Assembly: GCA_044226015.1 (NCBI GenBank)
Contig: JBGAHS010000003.1
Span: 256,001 to 320,000, forward strand
Direction of reading: 5' to 3'
DNA from: Candidatus Obscuribacteraceae bacterium
GTDB lineage: Bacteria > Cyanobacteriota > Vampirovibrionia > Obscuribacterales > Obscuribacteraceae
DNA length: 64,000 bases
Each line of letters starts with the position of its first letter. Positions within the stretch are counted from its first letter, which is position 1. This document shows positions 26,388 to 36,345 of the stretch, one piece after another. The notes below the pieces were generated by a model. It saw nothing but the letters and a program-made list of their open reading frames with translations. It was not told the origin of the DNA and made no database searches. Made by a program: the position numbers and the translations under genes.

Positions 26388-27068
26388 TTAGCTTATAACC
26401 TGCTCTAGCCTCGGACACTCTTTATCGAGCCATTCGCAGACTTCTAACAGCGAATTAAATACACCCTCAGCCAACTCTCGCGAAGCTGCAGATGCAGGAA
26501 GCATATCGGGCACAAGACACGAGCGCATGCCACCAGCGCGGGCAGCGAGCAGCCCACTATGTGCATCTTCGAGCACCAAACAATGCTCAGGAAGTACACC
26601 AACAGCCTCTTGCGCCTTCCTGAAAGTTTCAGGGTCAGGCTTACCCTTTGCCACCATATCGCCACCAACAACAGCAGCGAAGAAATCGGCAAGATTATGA
26701 ACATCAAGTCGTCGCTTAGCTTCGGCGGTGACTGTTGAAGTGCCAACCGCACAGACAAGACCATTGTTGCGCGCCCATACTAGCAACTCTTTGACGCCGG
26801 GCTTTAGCGATAACCCTTCTGTTTCATGAAGATGTTCGTATTGTTCAGCTGCCTTAACATGAAAATGGGCTTTGTCGAACTTGCTTCCGAACTCCTGCGC
26901 TAGAACATCTTCAGCGTCAGCAACTGTGATGCCAATCAATTTCAGGTACAGAGCATCTGTAAGGTCGAAACCCATTTCGGCAGCGACCTGTGTCCACGAT
27001 TTCTTGTACAGCCCCTCTGTGTCAAGCAGCAACCCGTCCATATCAAATATAAGTGCCTTCGGTCTCAT
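26388..27068 (-). CDS. HAD-IA family phosphatase (beta-PGM-like)
   Basis: FDMDGLLLDTE, KPDP and LEDAHSG motifs. Confidence 0.93.
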   Translation of the reverse strand: MRPKALIFDMDGLLLDTEGLYKKSWTQVAAEMGFDLTDALYLKLIGITVADAEDVLAQEFGSKFDKAHFHVKAAEQYEHLHETEGLSLKPGVKELLVWARNNGLVCAVGTSTVTAEAKRRLDVHNLADFFAAVVGGDMVAKGKPDPETFRKAQEAVGVLPEHCLVLEDAHSGLLAARAGGMRSCLVPDMLPASAASRELAEGVFNSLLEVCEWLDKECPRLEQVIS

Positions 27069-27120
27069 CTTTGCCCCTTAACTAAATAGATTTCGCAATT
27101 ACAAATCAAAGAAGAACCAA

Positions 27121-27684
27121 TTAAGCTGGCATCGACACAGGCTCGTCAGCGTCAGGCGCCTTGAAAATATCGACCGCGGGGTCAGCAAAAATATTGTCAA
27201 TTTCCTCATTGCAGAAGGTGCTAACTTCTCCAATCAAAGCGGGACCACCAACAGGTTCAAACTCATGAAAGATGCCCGGAGTCATTTTGATGCGCTCGCC
27301 CGCTTTCAATTCAAAGGGAACTCCAGATTCGCGTTCAACCATTTTCCTGTTGATTTTTATTTCAACCTTTTTCCCTTTTGTTGACGCGTCATTTGGATGA
27401 CCATTCCACAAAGTAATCTTCAAGGTTCCCTGGCGACAGATGATATCTTCACGCTTGTCATTGTGAGTATGTGCAGGAGTTACCATTCCCTCTCGTGCAT
27501 ACATTATTTTCTCGCAGTATTCATCTTCATTGCAGAGCAGAATTTCCACAAGCCCTGCTTTGTTGTAATCACCAAGACCGAAATCAGTAGCAGCCCATTC
27601 TGGTTGAGGCGGCAATACCCAATTGAATTTCTTCAAATAAGAGGCCGCTTCATGGCAAAGCTTGTTTACTTCGCTTTGTTTCAT
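27121..27684 (-). CDS. D-lyxose/D-mannose family sugar isomerase (cupin)
   Basis: TDFGLGD, YCEKIM, PAHTH..KREDI, PGIFHEF and IGEVST motifs; GGAG before the ATG at 27684. Confidence 0.88.
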   Translation of the reverse strand: MKQSEVNKLCHEAASYLKKFNWVLPPQPEWAATDFGLGDYNKAGLVEILLCNEDEYCEKIMYAREGMVTPAHTHNDKREDIICRQGTLKITLWNGHPNDASTKGKKVEIKINRKMVERESGVPFELKAGERIKMTPGIFHEFEPVGGPALIGEVSTFCNEEIDNIFADPAVDIFKAPDADEPVSMPA

Positions 27685-27732
27685 TTTCCTACTCCATTTC
27701 TTCCTATCAAACAAACCAAATTTACTAACCAA

Positions 27733-27872
27733 AAGTACGAATCTAAAATTTGAATCCCAAGTACGAATACCAGGTACGAATCGCGAGTACGAATCCCAGA
27801 TACGAATCAAAGCACGAATCGCAGGTACGGATCCCGGATACGAATCGCAAGTACGAATCCCAGGTACGAATC
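27733..27872. repeat. ~13-bp tandem repeat x~11 (core TACGAATC)
   Basis: gtacgaatc(c/g)ca(a/g) periodicity. Confidence 0.88.
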
Positions 27873-27896
27873 AAAAAGGGCTCGCTGAGCCCCTTT
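27873..27896 (-). terminator. Terminator-like hairpin after the aldolase gene
   Basis: aaaaaGGGCTC-gct-GAGCCCcttt. Confidence 0.65.
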
Positions 27897-27904
27897 CAAA
27901 TCAG

Positions 27905-28750
27905 CTAGCGATTCGCACCGACCTCTTGCCGAATTTTGCCGATTGCCTGAGCCGCTGTGGCGCCATCGTGAAGAACCGCTTGTAACGCCTGAGTCATACC
28001 AAGTGGGTCATGATGCTGAATCACATTTCGTCCATAGATAATACCGGCAACGCCTTCTTTGACTAGTTTCTCCGTATGCTCAAGCACCTCTTTGTCAGAT
28101 GCCCTTCCGCCACCACGCACGGTGACAGGAACACCGGACGCAGCTTCAATCACACGATGAAACTCCTCTTCAGGTTCTGTAGAGTCAGTTTTGATAATGT
28201 CCGCGCCGAGTTCAGCCGCCATTCTAGCTAATGTGACAACGCGTGCAGGAGCACCATCACCAACCATTCCATCTTTTGTTTTCTTGAAAGAAAGTGGTTC
28301 AATACCTAGCGGCATTCCATAACGTTCACAAGCATTCTTGACTTTCAAAATGTTTCTCACACATTGATTCAACATTTCGGGATACTCATCTACCTGCAAG
28401 AGGTTAAGCAAAATGCAAGCAGCATCCAAACGAACAGCAAGTTCGACCACTTCTTCATAGGCTTCACAGAACAATCTGGAAGAAGGCAACACATCGTTGT
28501 AGAAATTTGCAGTATCAGCCCTCATCATCAGCGCTGGCTTTGCTCGCCCGCCAACTGATTGCAGATGAGGTGCTTCACCGGGAGATAAGAGAATTGCATC
28601 TGGATTTGCTTCAGCGAGGGTCTTAACAACCTTTTTCATGTTCTCAATGCCGCCAAGAAATGCAGCGTTGTTAAACAAAGCATGATCAACAGCGACCACC
28701 AGAGTACGCTTTGACTGCGGATGGAACAGACGATTAAGACGATAAAGCAT
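27905..28750 (-). CDS. Class I aldolase, DhnA/FbaB/LsrF family
   Basis: VAVDHA, AAELGADIIKT (Schiff-base Lys), RGGG and GIIYGRNV motifs. Confidence 0.92.
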   Translation of the reverse strand: MLYRLNRLFHPQSKRTLVVAVDHALFNNAAFLGGIENMKKVVKTLAEANPDAILLSPGEAPHLQSVGGRAKPALMMRADTANFYNDVLPSSRLFCEAYEEVVELAVRLDAACILLNLLQVDEYPEMLNQCVRNILKVKNACERYGMPLGIEPLSFKKTKDGMVGDGAPARVVTLARMAAELGADIIKTDSTEPEEEFHRVIEAASGVPVTVRGGGRASDKEVLEHTEKLVKEGVAGIIYGRNVIQHHDPLGMTQALQAVLHDGATAAQAIGKIRQEVGANR

Positions 28751-29066
28751 CAAAATACTCCCAACAAGATTGCCTCGTTCTCCAGAAGCGAAGAACTCCC
28801 AAAAGGGAGTCAGATCTTAGCACGCAGAGAATAGCCCATAAGCGCCCGCGTGCATTAATTCTGGCAAGACATAGTAGTCTCGACGTGAACAACTCTTGAC
28901 TCCCGTCACTCATTGATCTACAGACTTATGCTGGGTTATGATTTTCCACCAACAAGCCATCGCAGAAACAAAACTTGATCAGAACTCAGTTTCTCCTTGG
29001 AAAGCCCTATAAGTGAAATGCTTAGCAGCAATCACAACTACTCATCAAGACACAGCAGGAGCGTTT

Positions 29067-30173
29067 ATGCTAACGATGAATCGATCACAGGAACTCTTAG
29101 CAGGGCTAGATCGCGGCGAAGCAATACCAGCTTATTTTTACACAGACCCTGCTGTAACTGAAAAAGAGTACGAGCGAATTTTCCATAAATCGTGGCAATA
29201 CATCGGTTCGAAACAACAACTTAGGAATGTGGGAGATTTTATTAGCGGCTATATCGGGAGAATTCCGGTGGTAGTCGTCCGCAATGAAAACGGAATCGAA
29301 GGCTTCGTAAATGTCTGCAGACACAGGCGTCATGAGGTCATGAAAGGTTGCGGCAACTCAAAGATAATGCAGTGCCGCTACCATGCCTGGACTTATGACC
29401 TTGAAGGCAAACTGAAAGCCGCACCACGTGCCGACCGTGAACCGAACTTCTGCCTCGATGATTTTCCAATGTTGAAAATTCAAGTCGACACACTCGGACC
29501 ATGGGTCTTCGCGAACGCGGATGAAAACGCAGCGTCATTGCATTCATTTTACGGTCCTCTGCTGGACATTATCAAAGCAAGCGGCATTGACCTGGACAAT
29601 CTTGAGCTCTGGGGAAGAAGCGAATGGGAATCTGGTGCAAACTGGAAAACCATGCTGGAAAACTATCTTGAATGCTACCACTGCCCAGTTGCTCATCCAG
29701 GATTTAGCGCAGCGATTGACGTTGATCAAGACAGCTACAAGTTAACACCACATGAGTGGTTCTCCAGCCAGGTCGGGCACGTCAAAGAGTCAGCCCTTGA
29801 GGGCAAAAGCAAGGTCAAGATTTACGATGCGCAGGGCTCGGTGCGTCAGGCACAATATCATCTACTCTGGCCCAACTTCACCATTAACATCAATCCGGGC
29901 TTTCCAAATCTATCTGTGGACGTCTGGCTTCCAATGGGTCCAAATGAAGCTAGAGGATTCTCTGAACAATTTTTTGGACCTGGAGTTGATAAGAAATGGG
30001 CTGAGGAACTCATCCATTTCAATAAAGAGGTTGGAGAGGAAGATGATGTTCTCACCAATTCAGTTCAGAAGGGACTGATAGGTGGCGTTCCATCAGTAGG
30101 CAGATTCCTCACCAATAGCGAACATTTGTGCATTCACTTTCAAAAACTAATAGTCAAAGCACTCGCTGACTAA
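29067..30173 (+). CDS. Rieske non-heme iron oxygenase alpha subunit (choline monooxygenase/CntA-like)
   Basis: NVCRHR...CRYHAWTY Rieske motif; NWK...ENYLECYHCPVAH; AGGAG before the ATG at 29067. Confidence 0.93.
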   Translation: MLTMNRSQELLAGLDRGEAIPAYFYTDPAVTEKEYERIFHKSWQYIGSKQQLRNVGDFISGYIGRIPVVVVRNENGIEGFVNVCRHRRHEVMKGCGNSKIMQCRYHAWTYDLEGKLKAAPRADREPNFCLDDFPMLKIQVDTLGPWVFANADENAASLHSFYGPLLDIIKASGIDLDNLELWGRSEWESGANWKTMLENYLECYHCPVAHPGFSAAIDVDQDSYKLTPHEWFSSQVGHVKESALEGKSKVKIYDAQGSVRQAQYHLLWPNFTININPGFPNLSVDVWLPMGPNEARGFSEQFFGPGVDKKWAEELIHFNKEVGEEDDVLTNSVQKGLIGGVPSVGRFLTNSEHLCIHFQKLIVKALAD

Positions 30174-31808
30174 ATGAAGACCTGGAGTCCCGCTGAGAAA
30201 AATCGCTCACAAAAGCTTGCTTTAACAGCAATTGCTCTTGCCATAGGCGCACACTCATTTCTCGCGGCACCTTCTGCACTTGCTCGCGAAGATCTCTCCG
30301 ACGCAGAGAAACAAATCGAGCAACTATCGACCGAAATACTCCTCCATGAGATAGATTTTGAGCGCTGTTATCTTCAATACAGAATGTACGGCACGAAAGA
30401 TCCAAAATACAGACGTATGCGCTACTTTCTGTTGCAATTGGCGGCTGGAAGTACAGGACTGGCGTCGAACATTCTCTTCACGAAAGTAGCAAAAGAAGCC
30501 ATTCATTCCAATGAAGCCGACTTCGGAAAAGGTGATGCTAACATCGATAGCAGCAGCACCAACAGCAACTCGGAACTAAATTCGCAAAGCAACGAGGAGA
30601 CGGCAAGCTCTCAGCCGTCGACAGCAAGCAAAGCTACGGAGACAACAACGCCAACAATTGCCACCACTGGCAACACCGAAGACTTCACGATAAAAGAGCT
30701 GAAAAGTGCTTTCATTTTGTCTATTGTTGCAACCGCACTCGACGCCTCCAGCTCACTAATTGAAATGAGCTCGAACGGCTATACAGCAATAAAGAACATA
30801 AAGAAGAAACTGAGCCCAAAAGACTCTGTAAATAATACAAAATCTCGCATCGAGACAATCGACGCTCTGTTCGCTAAGCGCCAGGAATTGATAGATCGCA
30901 ACCCCGACTCAAGTCGAAACGGCGTAAACGCAGCTGAAACACGCGTACTCAAGAATTATAGAGATTGGTGCCTGGCCGAGTACGCCGATGTTTACGCTAC
31001 AGTGAAATCATCACAATCGAGTTATAACATTTACTATGCTATCGATATGGCATCAGCAGGTTGGTATTTAGCATCTTCCGCGCTTGGGCTTAAAGCGCTA
31101 AACGCCAAGCACGAAAAACTTGGAGGACCGGCTTGCTACACGGCTATCGTCGGAGACGGGTTGGGCATCACAGCAGTACCGCTCAGCACCTGGGGTGGTA
31201 ACTGGCTTTACAGCTACTATCGCAACAAACTGAAAAAACAGTTGAAAGAAGAATTGAAAGACACCGAAATTGAAGCCAAAGCCTCTCTCGAGAATTTGAA
31301 CAAAGAGCTTGCCTCAGCTGACATAGGCTTGCTTGAGTCAACAAAATCTTTGCGCGATCGCATCGCTGTGTACGTGCTCTGGTACTCGCGCTACGATAAG
31401 AATCTCAGCAAGCAAATCGCTGAACTCAGACACCAGGCTCGCGTGGCACACCAGGGATTGATCGCAGGTCCGCTGATTTCGGGGTCCTATCTGGCGGCAG
31501 ACATTCTTGCTACAGTAGCCTTCTATGGCGTACCAAATCGTCCGAGAGCTGGGGCTACATTGACATACGCGGGTGGAGTTTCCGGCACCGCCGGAGCTGG
31601 TTTCACCATTGGCTTGACGAATTACATTCTTGCCAACGAGCTACTTCATAGACGGAAATTGAAGAAACAAAATATTCTGCCCTCACAGTTACTTGCAGAA
31701 AGACTAAAAACACTAGAAGACCTCGAAGGAATTCTGAGCAAGAACAACTCCAGGCTTCCAGATGGGAAACAAAGGGTTCCCAAAAACCCCTTTGCTGAGG
31801 CAAAATAG
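30174..31808 (+). CDS. Hypothetical exported helical protein
   Basis: 544-aa ORF with a signal peptide (ALA|RE), S/T-rich insert and alternating coiled-coil and hydrophobic hairpins. Confidence 0.8.
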   Translation: MKTWSPAEKNRSQKLALTAIALAIGAHSFLAAPSALAREDLSDAEKQIEQLSTEILLHEIDFERCYLQYRMYGTKDPKYRRMRYFLLQLAAGSTGLASNILFTKVAKEAIHSNEADFGKGDANIDSSSTNSNSELNSQSNEETASSQPSTASKATETTTPTIATTGNTEDFTIKELKSAFILSIVATALDASSSLIEMSSNGYTAIKNIKKKLSPKDSVNNTKSRIETIDALFAKRQELIDRNPDSSRNGVNAAETRVLKNYRDWCLAEYADVYATVKSSQSSYNIYYAIDMASAGWYLASSALGLKALNAKHEKLGGPACYTAIVGDGLGITAVPLSTWGGNWLYSYYRNKLKKQLKEELKDTEIEAKASLENLNKELASADIGLLESTKSLRDRIAVYVLWYSRYDKNLSKQIAELRHQARVAHQGLIAGPLISGSYLAADILATVAFYGVPNRPRAGATLTYAGGVSGTAGAGFTIGLTNYILANELLHRRKLKKQNILPSQLLAERLKTLEDLEGILSKNNSRLPDGKQRVPKNPFAEAK

Positions 31809-31837
31809 CAAGGTTCACAAAGCTGCTTGAGGCAAAC

Positions 31838-32224
31838 ATGAGCCGAAAAGAATTTGAGAAGATCCTTACAGGATTCAATGTTGAAGTGCAGAATATCGCG
31901 ATAGAAACAAGAGCACTCGTTTTTGATGTATTACCGGAAACCGTTGAAGTCGTTTGGGAAAAACAAAAAATCGCCGGACTTGGAACCGGCCCCAAGAAAC
32001 TCACTGAGCATTTTTGCTGGATTCAACCTAATAAAGCCCACGTAAATCTCGGATTTAACTACGGAGCAGAGTTGCCAGATGCCAACCGTCTCCTGGAAGG
32101 AACAGGAAAATTATTCCGACACGTAAAGATCAGAAAGCTCGAAGATCTCACGAACCCAGCACTCCGTGAACTCATCGAAAAAGCAACCAGGCACCGAGTT
32201 CCACCTCCAAAAAAGACGACATGA
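31838..32224 (+). CDS. DUF1801 / YdhG-like protein
   Basis: HVNLGFNYGAEL.D...LLEGTGK.FRHVKI pattern. Confidence 0.85.
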   Translation: MSRKEFEKILTGFNVEVQNIAIETRALVFDVLPETVEVVWEKQKIAGLGTGPKKLTEHFCWIQPNKAHVNLGFNYGAELPDANRLLEGTGKLFRHVKIRKLEDLTNPALRELIEKATRHRVPPPKKTT

Positions 32225-32325
32225 ATGACGCTGAAGTCGCTTCAAGAGCAACGGGCGATTAAGCGATCTAAATTGCTTCTGTTGAGAATATGTTCTATCT
32301 TTTTCTCATCGATTTGGGAGGCATA

Positions 32326-33177
32326 ATGAATACGCTCTGGCACGCAGTTTTGCTCATCATCGCTTTTGTAGGTGTGGCACTGCTAGGACAATACCTGGTC
32401 AACAAGCGTGTCAAAAGAGAAGTTCTCGAACTCCATCACAGTGCTGGCGAAGCAATGATGGGTGTTGTTGGAACCCTCTTTAGCGTACTTCTCGGCTTCA
32501 TGGTGGCAGGTGCCATGGACAAATACCACGATGCAATGATTCGTGGCGAAGACGAAGCGAGCAATGTCGCCAGTGTGTTTCGTATTGCCAGGGGACTTTC
32601 CGACACAGACAGACCACGAATCAGACAACTTTGTCGTGATTACGTTGATGATGTAATCAATTCAGAATGGCCAAAGATGGAGCAAGGAATCAAAGTAAAT
32701 CATGGCTGGGTAGTGTACCAGAAGCTCTGGGAAGCGGTTGTGGCTACAGTTCCAGAAAACGACAGGCAGAGCAATTTGCAACAGGGCATCATCTCATCAA
32801 TGCAAAGCCTGGGAGAAAATAGACGTGCAAGAATTTTGCTTGCACAGAAACAAACTCCACCTGCACTCTGGGCGGTAGTAGCGGTTGGAGCTTTCATCAC
32901 GCTCGCCTTGAGCTATGTTTTTGCCTCTCAGTTCCCCAAAGTACAGGGCTTCATGACCACCCTCGTAGCCACGGCTCTGGCTTTGAACATATGGCTTCTA
33001 GCTGCATATGCGCACCCCTATAGCGGCGAACTGAAAATACAGCCAACGATGTTCCAGCTCTTGAAAGATTCCATTCTCACCGTTCCAGACGGTCCATCAC
33101 GATATCTTCACGACACACCCGCAGAAGCTGCAGCGTCAAAAGCACTGGAAGAAACAGCGGCTAGCAAAGAGAAGTAA
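32326..33177 (+). CDS. DUF4239-like membrane protein
   Basis: VGTLFSVLLGF, EA..V..VFR, YVDDVINSEWP and ..HPYSG motifs; 4 TM helices. Confidence 0.82.
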   Translation: MNTLWHAVLLIIAFVGVALLGQYLVNKRVKREVLELHHSAGEAMMGVVGTLFSVLLGFMVAGAMDKYHDAMIRGEDEASNVASVFRIARGLSDTDRPRIRQLCRDYVDDVINSEWPKMEQGIKVNHGWVVYQKLWEAVVATVPENDRQSNLQQGIISSMQSLGENRRARILLAQKQTPPALWAVVAVGAFITLALSYVFASQFPKVQGFMTTLVATALALNIWLLAAYAHPYSGELKIQPTMFQLLKDSILTVPDGPSRYLHDTPAEAAASKALEETAASKEK

Positions 33178-33253
33178 TATTCAGAAGATTGTATTCAGAA
33201 AAGCCGATTGCTACAAACACAACAAACCCGCTGACTCAGTCACGGCGATACAA

Positions 33254-35335
33254 TTAGCGTGGTGCGTTTAGAGTGCTAAACACAAACAAAAGAAACAAGA
33301 CTATGATGATTCCTAGCGCAATGAAATTACCTTTGTAGCGCATAAAGAAATTCTCTCTCTTTACGTTCTGCAGCGCGCCCATGTACTCCGCTAAAACAGG
33401 GTCAGTCTGACTTCTTACTGCAATACTCTCTGGCAAGGTCCAGGTTTTTGCATCATAAATTTTGGAGTCAGAGTAATCTTTGCACGCCTTCATCAGCTTG
33501 GAAGGTGTTACCTTTGAAAGCATAATATAGAAGCCTTTTACAGCCTCGCCATAGCGACTAACGTTATCTAGAATTTGCGCAGCAACTTCGTCATTCACCA
33601 TAGGAGCCAAAATCAGGACGAGAATATGTTGATGTCCTCCCAAAATATCAGGCACCACTTTCGCTACCACATATGCTTCGGTGATGAGTTTTTCAAAGCG
33701 CAGTAGAAAGCACAGCTCATCAACTTGCTCGGGCGTCAACTTGTGCGGGAGATAGACATCATCACTTGCAACACTGTTCCAGCAGCGCGAAGCATCATCA
33801 ATTTCCCTCGAAATTTTCAGGCTCTTCTGGTAATACACCTGGGCTTCTTCTTCGCGGCCTCTTGATAAAAGATAGCGACGCACAGCGGTGAATGCTTCGG
33901 GTCCGTGCAACGGTTTTAGCGCAACAGCCTTTTCAAGCTCGCCAATGCCCTCATCGGTTTTCTCACTCAACAGCAGTAGCCCAAGGCTATAGTGCAAATA
34001 ATCACAGTTGGGATGAAGCGCCAACAATGCGCGATGTTTATCGATAGCCTCCGCAGGTTCTGCCATGCCGCTGCATAAGGCAGAAAACTCTTGTGCCTCA
34101 GCTAAACTAAGCGGTCCCTCTTGCAATAGCTTTTCGAGGGCTTCCATACGCTCACGACTTATGACAGCAAATTTGTGCTTCTCTTCCCAAGCAGCTCTAA
34201 TGGTGTTCAAAAAATGCTCTTCCAGCCGGGCTTCAGCAGCAGGAAGAGCAGAGCCAAAGAGGTCCTCGGCAGCAGTTTCTTTTAGATAGAATCTCTCTGC
34301 GGCCTCTATCGCAACAAGTTGCGGCTGGCTCCAATCACTGTCGGGAAGCAGGGCTTTTAATCGTTCTGAGAGAGCGGGGTGAGAGTCGTCAGACGCATGC
34401 TTAGCCCAATCTGCTATCAAAATTTCCTCTGCCCTACTCAACTCAATATTTGAGTCCAAACATTTTCGCAGCGACTTCATCGGATTTGCTGGCGGTAAGG
34501 CCTCGTAGTAAACGCTTTTCCAGTACTTGTCCCAGAAACGTTCTTGCAAAAACTCACCCTTCAAAGCGGTCTGAATCAGAGCCTCAGCAGCACTCTCTGG
34601 ACCGGCAACCTCAGCCGAGATTCTGTCGGCGGCATATTCATGTTCTCGCCGCAATACCATACTTTTGGCCTCAAACATTGGCAAAAACCAATTCGCAAAA
34701 TTGCGAATCAATCCAACTCCCATTGAAGTTTGAGTAGCAAGATTGAGATAAGTTTGCGCCCAGGAGAGCTGAACATGATAGACCCAGCACCCCAGCTTCC
34801 CGTGCTGACTGGAGAGGTGCCCCATCTCATGCGCGAGAATCGAACGAAATTGCCTGGTGCTTACTGATTGCAACATGGGCAATCCCAATATCAAAATATT
34901 CTTGTGCCAACCAAAAATTCCAAGTCTTGGAAATTGGGAAATGGCACAGTTGAACCGATCGTTCATTAGCACCTTATCGATTTTCACACCCTTTGTGGTG
35001 CTGGTAAGTTTGTCGATAAGGTCAAATAGTTTAGGAGCATCGTTGCGATGCAAAACAATTCCATCAGGCTCAGAATATTTGACCCAGAGCGACTTTACTA
35101 TCATCCACACTGCGATAAGAATCAGGAAGGAGAACTTGATCAAAATCCAGACATGAAAAACGAAAAGAAGCCCCAGCAGCAGTAGGACTCCGAAGAGCAA
35201 AAACACAATCAAACCAAAAATGTAAGCATAGCCAAGTAGCGCAAAGCGAACTACGTGATTCCTGTAGCCCGTGGGGTCTTGTTTGGACATGACTTCGAAA
35301 TCGCTTACAATTCGATCAAATTCATCGTCGTACAT
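33254..35335 (-). CDS. M48 (HtpX/Ste24-like) metallopeptidase with TPR-like extension
   Basis: ILAHEMGH, REHEYAAD and SHPALSERL motifs; N- and C-terminal TM helices. Confidence 0.9.
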   Translation of the reverse strand: MYDDEFDRIVSDFEVMSKQDPTGYRNHVVRFALLGYAYIFGLIVFLLFGVLLLLGLLFVFHVWILIKFSFLILIAVWMIVKSLWVKYSEPDGIVLHRNDAPKLFDLIDKLTSTTKGVKIDKVLMNDRFNCAISQFPRLGIFGWHKNILILGLPMLQSVSTRQFRSILAHEMGHLSSQHGKLGCWVYHVQLSWAQTYLNLATQTSMGVGLIRNFANWFLPMFEAKSMVLRREHEYAADRISAEVAGPESAAEALIQTALKGEFLQERFWDKYWKSVYYEALPPANPMKSLRKCLDSNIELSRAEEILIADWAKHASDDSHPALSERLKALLPDSDWSQPQLVAIEAAERFYLKETAAEDLFGSALPAAEARLEEHFLNTIRAAWEEKHKFAVISRERMEALEKLLQEGPLSLAEAQEFSALCSGMAEPAEAIDKHRALLALHPNCDYLHYSLGLLLLSEKTDEGIGELEKAVALKPLHGPEAFTAVRRYLLSRGREEEAQVYYQKSLKISREIDDASRCWNSVASDDVYLPHKLTPEQVDELCFLLRFEKLITEAYVVAKVVPDILGGHQHILVLILAPMVNDEVAAQILDNVSRYGEAVKGFYIMLSKVTPSKLMKACKDYSDSKIYDAKTWTLPESIAVRSQTDPVLAEYMGALQNVKRENFFMRYKGNFIALGIIIVLFLLFVFSTLNAPR

Positions 35336-35465
35336 AATGCACCTGACTGCTCTGATACAACATACCAAGCCTCGCCCGCAGAGCAACATCCTTGGAAAGT
35401 GTTTTTTGCAGCAGATCAGCAACAGGGTCTATAACTGGGGGTTCAAGCAAGCGCCCCAAGATAGC

Positions 35466-35490
35466 AAAGAGGGGAGCTTTCGCTCCCCTC
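35466..35490 (-). terminator. Intrinsic terminator of pilin-like copy 4
   Basis: GAGGGGAGC-gaaa-GCTCCCCTC-TTT on the minus strand. Confidence 0.75.
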
Positions 35491-35517
35491 GACAACTTTC
35501 GCATTCGCTTCGCGTTT

Positions 35518-36021
35518 TTAGCTGAACAGGTTAGCGTCACGAGCTGACGCAACTAGCCAGTTGATACAACCTGGTGTTGCTAGACCACCAGTTACGCCTG
35601 CTGCACCCCAGAGTACGCGTTTCATAGCGTCCTGTGTACCAGCAGCCATGTGCATGAAGCCCATAATCATTGTTGGACCGCCCCAAGCAATACCGAGAAT
35701 TTCCATTCCGTTCGCGATAATGTTGAGCAATGCTTCCAAGTTAGCAAGGTTGTTTACGCGCACTGTACCTGCGGTGTTCACGCCTTGAATAACGGTGGCA
35801 TCAGCGCCTTGTGGTCCGATTGTGCCGTTGGTGGCTCCCTGTAACATTGGAGCAGCTGCGCTTCCACCTTGCATTGTCTGTGAGCCTGTGTAATTTCCTG
35901 TATTCTGTGTTTGATTACCGGTTGCAGCGGTCGAATCAAAAGCATCTTGTGCGAGTGCTGGTCCAGCGAGTGTCAGAACCATTGCCGATGCCATAGTAAG
36001 TTTTGCGACGTTCTTAATCAT
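35518..36021 (-). CDS. VirB2/TrbC/Maff2-like pilin-type protein, copy 4 (167 aa)
   Basis: Most divergent copy at DNA level; core differs only by GAINW>GCINW; strong AGGAG RBS. Confidence 0.7.
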   Translation of the reverse strand: MIKNVAKLTMASAMVLTLAGPALAQDAFDSTAATGNQTQNTGNYTGSQTMQGGSAAAPMLQGATNGTIGPQGADATVIQGVNTAGTVRVNNLANLEALLNIIANGMEILGIAWGGPTMIMGFMHMAAGTQDAMKRVLWGAAGVTGGLATPGCINWLVASARDANLFS

Positions 36022-36308
36022 TGTGGTGTTCTCCTGCGGAAATGCGAATGCGATAAATGCGAATCTGCGTGTGGTGTGTGTGTGCCGCGAGATGCATAAG
36101 TAGTAAGAAACAGGTGGAACGTTCGGTTTGCCGATCGCCCAACGCGCTTTTCATAGCCGAAACAGTACAGGAATAATTTACGGTAGTCAAGATCTATTTT
36201 CCTAATCCTGGCGGATCTTTTCCGAGATATTGGCATGAATTGCTGTCAGCGCAAGGAATAGCGTCTCAGAACCCGAAACGCAGTGATGACCAACGTAAGG
36301 ATCGCCCC

Positions 36309-36345
36309 TATGACTGAGGTCATGCCACCCATGACTAAAGTCATG
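36309..36345. promoter_or_regulatory. Two tandem operator-like palindromes TATGAC-TGAG-GTCATG and CATGAC-TAAA-GTCATG
   Basis: Same motif as upstream of copies 1 and 3; the two sites are 21 bp apart. Confidence 0.7.

Noticed and set aside
27685..27810. N-terminal extension of the sugar isomerase and ORF 27662-27985
   Set aside because: These are translations of the 13-bp tandem repeat; a good RBS precedes the ATG at 27684.
2193..35788. Four near-identical 75-aa plus-strand ORFs (MIAPGVAS...)
   Set aside because: They are antisense shadows of the pilin-like genes; the substitutions are synonymous in the minus-strand frame.
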